A DNA stretch of 32,000 nt from positions 300,001-332,000 of the forward strand of contig NC_006624.1 of NCBI RefSeq assembly GCF_000009965.1, given 5' to 3'. A model generated the notes under the pieces. That model was not told where the DNA came from. It was given only the letters and a program-made list of their open reading frames with translations, and did no database searches. A program made the position numbers and the translations under genes. Source of the stretch: Thermococcus kodakarensis KOD1. Lineage in GTDB: Archaea; Methanobacteriota_B; Thermococci; Thermococcales; Thermococcaceae. The number at the start of each line of letters is the position of its first letter. Positions within the stretch are counted from its first letter, which is position 1. Below are positions 26,420 to 32,000 of the stretch, in pieces.

Positions 26420-26941
26420 ATGGGGGAGGAACAACAACCAAAAAAACTGAAGGCCGGGCAATGGGCCTTAAAGACGGCCCTAGCCTCGGGCTTTCTTGGT
26501 TTACTTTTGTGGTATGCAGGACAACACAGCATAACAGTACAGCAGACAACAGAAGCAATGGCATCGGTGCCGCTGGCATTCGTAGTGCTCGTTGAACTCT
26601 TCGATAAGCTCGCAGATAAGAACGACTACTACAACAAGCTCTACGCGGGAATCTACGGCTCAATAGGCAAAAAGAAGAGCAGAGTAGGTGCAATCCTCAT
26701 CAGTTTGCTCTTCGCAGCGCTCGGAATGCTAGGGGTCATGTGGGCAATCACAGGAACCATGACGCTCAACATCGGCGATGTCGGGCCAGCAAATCTTTTC
26801 GTCTCCGGATTGATCGGCCTATACATCTTCGCTCCAGAGACTGGCAACAATGAGCTGATACTTTGGTTCTGGACCGCCGCAACGATCGCCACAAAAGGTG
26901 CATTCATTTCAATACTTCCACACATCCCCGGGCTGATCTGA
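26420..26941 (+). CDS. Polytopic membrane protein, 173 aa
   Basis: ATG follows GAGGTGGTGA. Helices ALASGFLGLLLWYA, ASVPLAFVVLVELF, VGAILISLLFAALGMLGVMWAI, LFVSGLIGLYIFA, LILWFWTAATIA. Confidence 0.6.
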   Translation: MGEEQQPKKLKAGQWALKTALASGFLGLLLWYAGQHSITVQQTTEAMASVPLAFVVLVELFDKLADKNDYYNKLYAGIYGSIGKKKSRVGAILISLLFAALGMLGVMWAITGTMTLNIGDVGPANLFVSGLIGLYIFAPETGNNELILWFWTAATIATKGAFISILPHIPGLI

Positions 26942-26952
26942 GGTGACTGACA

Positions 26953-27288
26953 ATGCTCGGCAGGGTTGCAGCAGCTCTCATCGCTTACCTCCTTTGCATT
27001 TTCCACTTCCAGAACAGCATGGTTACAGCAGGCAACCTCCTCGGCCTCAGTGGCTTTTGGGCGCTCTTCATTCCCTCGGCCCTCATAGGGCTCGCAGTGT
27101 ACAGAATCAGCGACCTAGACAGTTGGGGACTTTGGGACGCGGCGGCATTCCTTATCCTCGGCGGAATCTTCATGCTGGCGATTACCGGCGATCCAACAGC
27201 AACGGCCCTGGAATTCATTAAGGGAGTCACGGGCTTCGGCTTAGCTGGCGTTCTGGCAGGATTAGCAGCAAAGAACAGGAGGGATTGA
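26953..27288 (+). CDS. Polytopic membrane protein, 111 aa (about 4 TM)
   Basis: ATG follows GAGGTGA; almost entirely hydrophobic (VAAALIAYLLCIF, LSGFWALFIPSALIGLAVY, AAAFLILGGIFMLAI, FGLAGVLAGLAA). Confidence 0.6.
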   Translation: MLGRVAAALIAYLLCIFHFQNSMVTAGNLLGLSGFWALFIPSALIGLAVYRISDLDSWGLWDAAAFLILGGIFMLAITGDPTATALEFIKGVTGFGLAGVLAGLAAKNRRD

Positions 27289-27289
27289 C

Positions 27290-27520
27290 ATGGACGCGAA
27301 CAGCATCATTGATCAGCTCCACAACCTTGCAGGAAGCCACCCATACCTCGCGCTCGGCCTAATCCTCATCCTCATCGGCGTACTGACAAAAGGCAAGGTG
27401 AGCCTGGTGTTCTACGCTCTCGGCGCTCTCGCGCTCCTCAAAGAGTTTGGCCTCGTGGACACTTTCTTTTCTTTCCTGAAACAGATTCCAGAACTTGTTA
27501 AGTCGTTTGGAGGTGTTTGA
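27290..27520 (+). CDS. 76-aa two-helix hairpin membrane protein
   Basis: Starts 1 nt after the previous stop. PYLALGLILILIGVL-TKGK-VSLVFYALGALALL gives two TM helices joined by a short basic loop. Confidence 0.55.
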   Translation: MDANSIIDQLHNLAGSHPYLALGLILILIGVLTKGKVSLVFYALGALALLKEFGLVDTFFSFLKQIPELVKSFGGV

Positions 27521-27523
27521 GAA

Positions 27524-28327
27524 ATGAGAAAGAAAGAGAGACAGATCATAACCGTTGGCCTGATACTACTCTTCGCCGCCATCGGCTGGTGGGCCTATCA
27601 CGGCGGCGGAGGCGGCTTCGTTGACATAACCAACGCTCTGAGTGGCAACAGTACCAGCACCACGACCTATGAGCTCGCCGTCAGCAACCTTCTGGCTACA
27701 GTTGACCAGGCGACCGGCCACGTCCTCGTGAGCTTCCAGTTAGCAAACGAGGAGCACTTCAACATATCCAGCGTTCAGATCCTCTACGCGCTCAACGTCG
27801 CCGATCCAAATAACGCGACCTACACTGCCCTGAACGCTACAGCCGAGAACGGCACTTACAAGGCAGAAATCCCCTCTAAGTTCGGAGATGTGGTTTACTA
27901 CAAGATCAAAGTTTCCTACAACGCTGGAAAGACCCTCGAAAGCGATGTCAAGAGCATAACTGTCAAGGACACGGCCGCTCCAACTCTGAATTCAGTTAGC
28001 ATCAACTATAACAGTACGGCTGGAACTTTCAGCATTGACTTCAACGCGACCGATAACGACGCCATAGCGACCTACTACGTCTATTATGCTGATCTCGGTA
28101 CTAGCAGCACCGTGAGCAATACTACCACCTTCACCGCAGTCAACGCGACCAGCCTTCCAGTTGTCATCAGCAACGTCACGGCGAACAACTACTATGCGTT
28201 CTACTTCGTGGTCGAGGACATCAGCGGCAACAAGGCCATGCTCTACAACGAGACCAGCCCGTACATCGTCCAGGCCAATGCGACCGCTACTTGGCCGGTT
28301 GTTGTGACCGAGCAGAGCTCTAGTTGA
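27524..28327 (+). CDS. Membrane-anchored extracellular protein (267 aa), beta-rich, very rich in N-x-S/T sequons
   Basis: N-terminal anchor IITVGLILLFAAIGWWAY then GGGGG. At least 12 sequons are visible (NST, NIS, NAT x5, NGT, NST, NTT, NVT, NET). ATG follows GGAGGTG. Confidence 0.65.
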   Translation: MRKKERQIITVGLILLFAAIGWWAYHGGGGGFVDITNALSGNSTSTTTYELAVSNLLATVDQATGHVLVSFQLANEEHFNISSVQILYALNVADPNNATYTALNATAENGTYKAEIPSKFGDVVYYKIKVSYNAGKTLESDVKSITVKDTAAPTLNSVSINYNSTAGTFSIDFNATDNDAIATYYVYYADLGTSSTVSNTTTFTAVNATSLPVVISNVTANNYYAFYFVVEDISGNKAMLYNETSPYIVQANATATWPVVVTEQSSS

Positions 28328-28338
28328 GGTGGGCTGAA

Positions 28339-28821
28339 ATGTACGCCCACCACTCTTCCCCATCTTTTTCAAAAGTCGTTTTGAGACTCTTCGCAGTGGT
28401 TAGCCTAATTTTTTTGGCTTATTTCAGCTATTCGACGTTCGCCGAGCACGACCCACTAAAAGAAAGACTGTATAAGCTAGGTTATCCGACTGAGGGATTC
28501 ATCTTCAGCAACAACACAATACGGTGGGCTGACGGACACCTCACGATAGTCCAGGGGGCCTATGTTGAGGACTATCCAATCACTGCCGAGCAGGCGTACG
28601 AGATCGCTCGGCAGTATCTAGCCAGCTACAACAAGAAGCTGGAGAAGTACAACTACAAGCTCTACCCTGACAAGAAGACGCTGACAGAGAAGGAAAAGAA
28701 CGGTCAAAAATATTGGGTTTTCGAGCTGAAGCTCGATACTGGTGGTTCTAAGCTCTTTGCTGGCTTCATTTGGGTGAACCGGAAGACGGGAGCGGTTTCA
28801 GTGAAGGGCCTCTTGGGGTGA
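28339..28821 (+). CDS. Membrane-anchored protein with PepSY-like C-terminal domain (160 aa)
   Basis: Anchor VVLRLFAVVSLIFLAYFSY. AEQAYEIARQYLASY...KYWVFELKL...FIWVNRKTGAVSVKG fits the PepSY pattern. ATG follows GAGGTGGG. Confidence 0.55.
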   Translation: MYAHHSSPSFSKVVLRLFAVVSLIFLAYFSYSTFAEHDPLKERLYKLGYPTEGFIFSNNTIRWADGHLTIVQGAYVEDYPITAEQAYEIARQYLASYNKKLEKYNYKLYPDKKTLTEKEKNGQKYWVFELKLDTGGSKLFAGFIWVNRKTGAVSVKGLLG

Positions 28822-28826
28822 GAAGA

Positions 28827-29294
28827 ATGAAGTTCATGGGTATGAAGTCATATATTCATATATTATATATGATAGTAGTCCTCGCGGCGGTTGTGAGTAC
28901 CGCAGGGTGCATTGGTTGGGGTGGCGGTGGAATCATAATCGGCTTTGGCAACGAGACCTACACAATCCCACTTAACACCTCTAACAGCACAAACTCCACA
29001 ATCCCAACTTCGGAACTCACCATACACAGGTACGAGGAGCTGGTTTACGTTGGCGGAAACCTGACGATCCAGGAGCTGAACCTGACAATTAGGCCCGACT
29101 ACGACCCCAACAAGGGCAAGTTCTTCTTCATATTCCCGGATACGATCTATTGGGAGCCGATGAACGTCACTATCAACAACATAACAATAATTGGGACTGG
29201 CTACTTCACGGGCACGACGTACTACATCGCCAACATCACGATTCTGAGTCCTGAAAAGTTGACGGTCATCGTAAACAACCCGGAGGGACAGTGA
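28827..29294 (+). CDS. Putative lipoprotein/secreted glycoprotein (155 aa)
   Basis: Signal MKSYIHILYMIVVLAAVVSTAGC has a lipobox-like TAGC followed by a Gly run. At least 9 N-x-S/T sequons (NET, NTS, NST, NST, NLT x2, NVT, NIT x2). Confidence 0.6.
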   Translation: MKFMGMKSYIHILYMIVVLAAVVSTAGCIGWGGGGIIIGFGNETYTIPLNTSNSTNSTIPTSELTIHRYEELVYVGGNLTIQELNLTIRPDYDPNKGKFFFIFPDTIYWEPMNVTINNITIIGTGYFTGTTYYIANITILSPEKLTVIVNNPEGQ

Positions 29295-29295
29295 T

Positions 29296-30096
29296 ATGAA
29301 GCGGCTGGTTTTCGCCTTTATCCTGTTCCTGCTGACTGCCAGCCTCGCGTCAGCAGGGACTCTCTACGACTGGAGCGGGAGCCTCGAAGTTGGCCAGGCC
29401 GTTTACGTCAATGACCTCACCCTGTTCGTTGACCAACACGCCAAGACGAACGAGATCGTTCTCGTTGTTAAACAGGCCCGTCAGATACTGAAGGTTCTCC
29501 ACAATGGTGAGAACTATACCGCTGAGGGCCTGGAGGTTATTTTTACGACCTTCAACGACAGGGCATACATTCAGGTTCAGGGGAGTGATCCCTTCTCGGT
29601 GAGTTTCAACGGACCGGATAAGGCCGCTGAACTGAGGAAAGAGAATATAGAATTGAGAGAAAAGCTGGCGAACCTTACCGTTCAGAACAACAAGCTCGCG
29701 AAAGAAAACGAACAGCTCAAGCAGCAGGTTTCAGAGCTTCAGAGCAAGCTCAAGAACCAGCCCAACACAGCCGAGCTGAACGCAAAGATTCTGAACCTGA
29801 CGAGGGAAAATCGCGAGCTCAAGGCACAGTTAGCGAACCTGACAAATCAATACAACACCGTAAAGGCCAGGGCTGATTTTCTCGAACAGCAGAACGACGA
29901 GTACAGGAAGATGATTCAGACCCTTCTTGAGGGGGCCTCGCAGAAGAGCGAGCAGAGCTACATAGAGAAGGCGAAAAAAGAGAAGCTAATCGGTTCAGTT
30001 CTCTTGAAAACGCTCCTCTTCGGCGGGATAATCGTCGGGCTGGTGGGGTATGGCCTGTACAGGGCAAAGAGGAGGCATGACTTTGCAGGCCTCTAA
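29296..30096 (+). CDS. Secreted coiled-coil protein with C-terminal TM anchor (266 aa)
   Basis: Signal MKRLVFAFILFLLTASLASA, a ~90-aa beta domain, then ~110 aa of heptad-like sequence with an internal repeat (ENIELREKLANLTVQNNKL / ENRELKAQLANLTNQYNTV). Ends LLFGGIIVGLVGYGLYRAKRRH. Confidence 0.65.
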   Translation: MKRLVFAFILFLLTASLASAGTLYDWSGSLEVGQAVYVNDLTLFVDQHAKTNEIVLVVKQARQILKVLHNGENYTAEGLEVIFTTFNDRAYIQVQGSDPFSVSFNGPDKAAELRKENIELREKLANLTVQNNKLAKENEQLKQQVSELQSKLKNQPNTAELNAKILNLTRENRELKAQLANLTNQYNTVKARADFLEQQNDEYRKMIQTLLEGASQKSEQSYIEKAKKEKLIGSVLLKTLLFGGIIVGLVGYGLYRAKRRHDFAGL

Positions 30097-30140
30097 CTCA
30101 CTCAATTGTAAAAGGAAGTATGGGGGGCTGATGGAAAAAT

Positions 30141-30183
30141 AAAGCTCGCTGAGTTGAGCTTTTACGGGAGATAGTAGTTTTTT
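30141..30183 (+). terminator. Hairpin plus T6 run between the coiled-coil gene and the ATPase gene
   Basis: AAAGCTC-GCTGAGTT-GAGCTTT (30141-30162), then TTTTTT at 30178-30183. This is the only sizeable spacer (133 nt) in the module. Confidence 0.35.
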
Positions 30184-30229
30184 GTTGTAATCAAAGAAAA
30201 TCGGGAACAAAAAAGGAGGTTCGGGATAG

Positions 30230-31693
30230 ATGGCAGTCTCGACGCGAGCCGCGTCCCCTGCAGAGGTGAACATTCCCCACTTCAACCCAGCCAGCGGGCC
30301 GTACCTCGGCAGGCTCATGAGCACGAACAGGAAAGAGAAGCTCTACCTGCCGCTCAAGGTCGGTGAGGCAAACCACATCTTCATCCTCGGAAAGACAGGC
30401 TACGGGAAGACCAGCTTCATGAAAGCCCTCGCCGAGGCCCTGTGGGAGTACTACACCAGCAGGGGACAGGAAGTCCTCATTGTGATCTTTGAGAGAAAAT
30501 ATGACTACTCAAAGTTCCAGCGCCTGAAGGCGTTTTGGAACAAGCGCGTTGAAGAGCTCGGGAAAGAAGAAGCCACCAGAGTGCACCCGTACCTCGCGGC
30601 ATACTTCGGAACCCTTGAGAAGTACCCACAGCTCAAAAGCCAGCTCGGCTTTCCCGGCGACTTTGCAATGAGCATTCCCAACTACATCCTCGCCGAGACG
30701 TACGTGACTAGAAAGCCGTATCCAATTGACGTCTTTACCTGGCACGGCCTACAACCCGACAGCTTCCCGACCAGGAGGATAGTCTTCAGGCCGACCAGGG
30801 CACCAGAAGCAATCAAGCTCGACAACGGTGGTGGAAAGGTCGAGGTTGCAATCGGCAGGATTCACCTGAGAGACATCAGCTTTGAGATGCTCGCGCGGAA
30901 GTTTGACATCCCAAAGGGCACGGCCTACGGCAGGATCCTGAGGAAGTACTGGAAAGTGTACAAGATCCACGACCCTGACGAGATTCTGAGGAGAGTCAAA
31001 GCTGAAGAGCCCTCAATGCGCGAGAGCACTTACGAGAGCCTCAAGAGCATCCTCGACGAGATCAGAGCTGACCCGCTCTACCTGAAAGGCTCAGTCCTCA
31101 AGCCGAAGGCTGAGCAGGTCACTAGAAGCGGAAATGGCATCTATGATGAGCCTAAGCCCTTCACGGACTACCTCACGACCAAAGCCATCAACATCATTGA
31201 TTTTTCAGATAACTCCGAGCTAGACCTCGAGGAGCAGCGCCTAATCATGTACCTGCTCTGGCAGAAGATTAAGCTCATCGCTGGCAGGAAGCGCGTTGAT
31301 GTGTGGCTCTTCTTCGACGAGATTCAGGACCTCATAGGCACGGCAGGCGAGGCCAGCCGCCACAACCTTGCCTGGAAGGCAATGGAGGAAATCTATAGGA
31401 AGGGCCGCTCCCTCTCGGTGAACGTCGTCGCGGGCACACAGTACCTCTACAAGCTGCCAATGAGCCTCATAATGGGTGCCGCCCACATTGCGGTAATCGG
31501 AGCCCTAGCCAGTCCAAAGGATCTCGACATTCTTCGCGTTGCGATAATGGACGGCGAGCGGCTGAGGATTCCAGTCGAGCACGACAGCTTTGAGGAGTTT
31601 CTGAAGCGCCGCAAGAAGAAAGGCCGCGGCTGGTTCTCGTTTGACCGCGAGTTTACCGTCAAGATGTATTTTCGCCCTAATCAAAGCTTTTGA
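30230..31693 (+). CDS. P-loop NTPase of the FtsK/HerA/VirB4-VirD4 class (487 aa)
   Basis: Walker A FILGKTGYGKTS (aa 51-62). Walker B VWLFFDEIQD (D363/E364) lies ~300 aa later. YRKGRSLSVNVVAGTQ is the arginine/glutamine sensor region typical of this clade. ATG follows AGGAGGT. Confidence 0.8.
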   Translation: MAVSTRAASPAEVNIPHFNPASGPYLGRLMSTNRKEKLYLPLKVGEANHIFILGKTGYGKTSFMKALAEALWEYYTSRGQEVLIVIFERKYDYSKFQRLKAFWNKRVEELGKEEATRVHPYLAAYFGTLEKYPQLKSQLGFPGDFAMSIPNYILAETYVTRKPYPIDVFTWHGLQPDSFPTRRIVFRPTRAPEAIKLDNGGGKVEVAIGRIHLRDISFEMLARKFDIPKGTAYGRILRKYWKVYKIHDPDEILRRVKAEEPSMRESTYESLKSILDEIRADPLYLKGSVLKPKAEQVTRSGNGIYDEPKPFTDYLTTKAINIIDFSDNSELDLEEQRLIMYLLWQKIKLIAGRKRVDVWLFFDEIQDLIGTAGEASRHNLAWKAMEEIYRKGRSLSVNVVAGTQYLYKLPMSLIMGAAHIAVIGALASPKDLDILRVAIMDGERLRIPVEHDSFEEFLKRRKKKGRGWFSFDREFTVKMYFRPNQSF

Positions 31694-31699
31694 GAGGTG

Positions 31700-32000
31700 A
31701 TGAAGATGGTGTGGCCGTTTGGAAGGAAAAAGAAGAAGGCCGAACCGAGGCCCGGGATAGTAATGACAGATGACCAGTTCGCCGAACTCGTCCGCCTGGA
31801 CGACTTCAGCCTTGAGGAGAAAGTAGAGCAGAGAGTCGAGGAGCGCCTGAGGCAACAGAGAATACTCGCGCAGAGAATGAGCCAGATTAAGGAAACCTAT
31901 CAGAAACTCCTTGTCGCAGTCACGCCCGAGGAGGGGAGCATTATACTTGGCTTCCCCGAGGCTTACCTCATAAACTACGATGAGTACTGGATTTACTATC
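31700..32000 (+). CDS. Hypothetical protein, N-terminal part (runs off the window)
   Basis: GAGGTG then ATG 31700. MKMVWPFGRKKKKAEPRPGIVMTDDQFAELVRLDDFSLEEKVEQRVEERLRQQRILAQRM... is open to the window end. Not in the ORF track because no stop is reached. Confidence 0.5.
   Translation, partial: MKMVWPFGRKKKKAEPRPGIVMTDDQFAELVRLDDFSLEEKVEQRVEERLRQQRILAQRMSQIKETYQKLLVAVTPEEGSIILGFPEAYLINYDEYWIYY

Noticed and set aside
26125-27230. Minus-strand ORFs of 69-135 aa inside the element
   Set aside because: Antisense to the tightly coupled plus-strand membrane-protein genes. Arg/Ser/Pro-rich shadow translations without start signals.

Overview
The gene content and motifs look like a Thermococcales (Thermococcus-like) chromosome, in three parts. 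(1) 1-19.1 kb holds tightly packed housekeeping genes. These include an RNA repair/modification cluster (archease, aTrm4-type m5C methyltransferase, a stand-alone PUA-like module, RtcB), panB, a GT2 glycosyltransferase and tRNA-Thr(CGT). Next comes an operon with two ThiI paralogs, then two toxin-antitoxin pairs, ADP-dependent phosphofructokinase, a canonical C/D box sRNA and a ParB-fold serine-kinase-like gene. DUF763-like and DUF89 genes close the block. (2) 19.1-20.07 kb is an unusually long AT-rich stretch with no convincing ORF. It is full of hairpins and carries two copies of a ~55-nt structured element, each with its own TATA-like box. (3) From 20,075 to the window end is the left ~12 kb of an integrated element. 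A 49-nt 3' fragment of tRNA-Arg(TCT) is fused in frame to the catalytic part of an SSV-type integrase. It is followed by micro-ORFs, an RHH regulator and a one-strand, translationally coupled module of secreted/membrane (probably glycosylated) proteins, ending in a HerA/VirB4-class P-loop ATPase. That module has no assignable function and is the best candidate for an uncharacterised system. From memory it resembles the pT26-2 / TKV2-TKV3 family of Thermococcales elements, which needs a database search to confirm. All calls come from reading the sequence and ORF translations; no searches were run.
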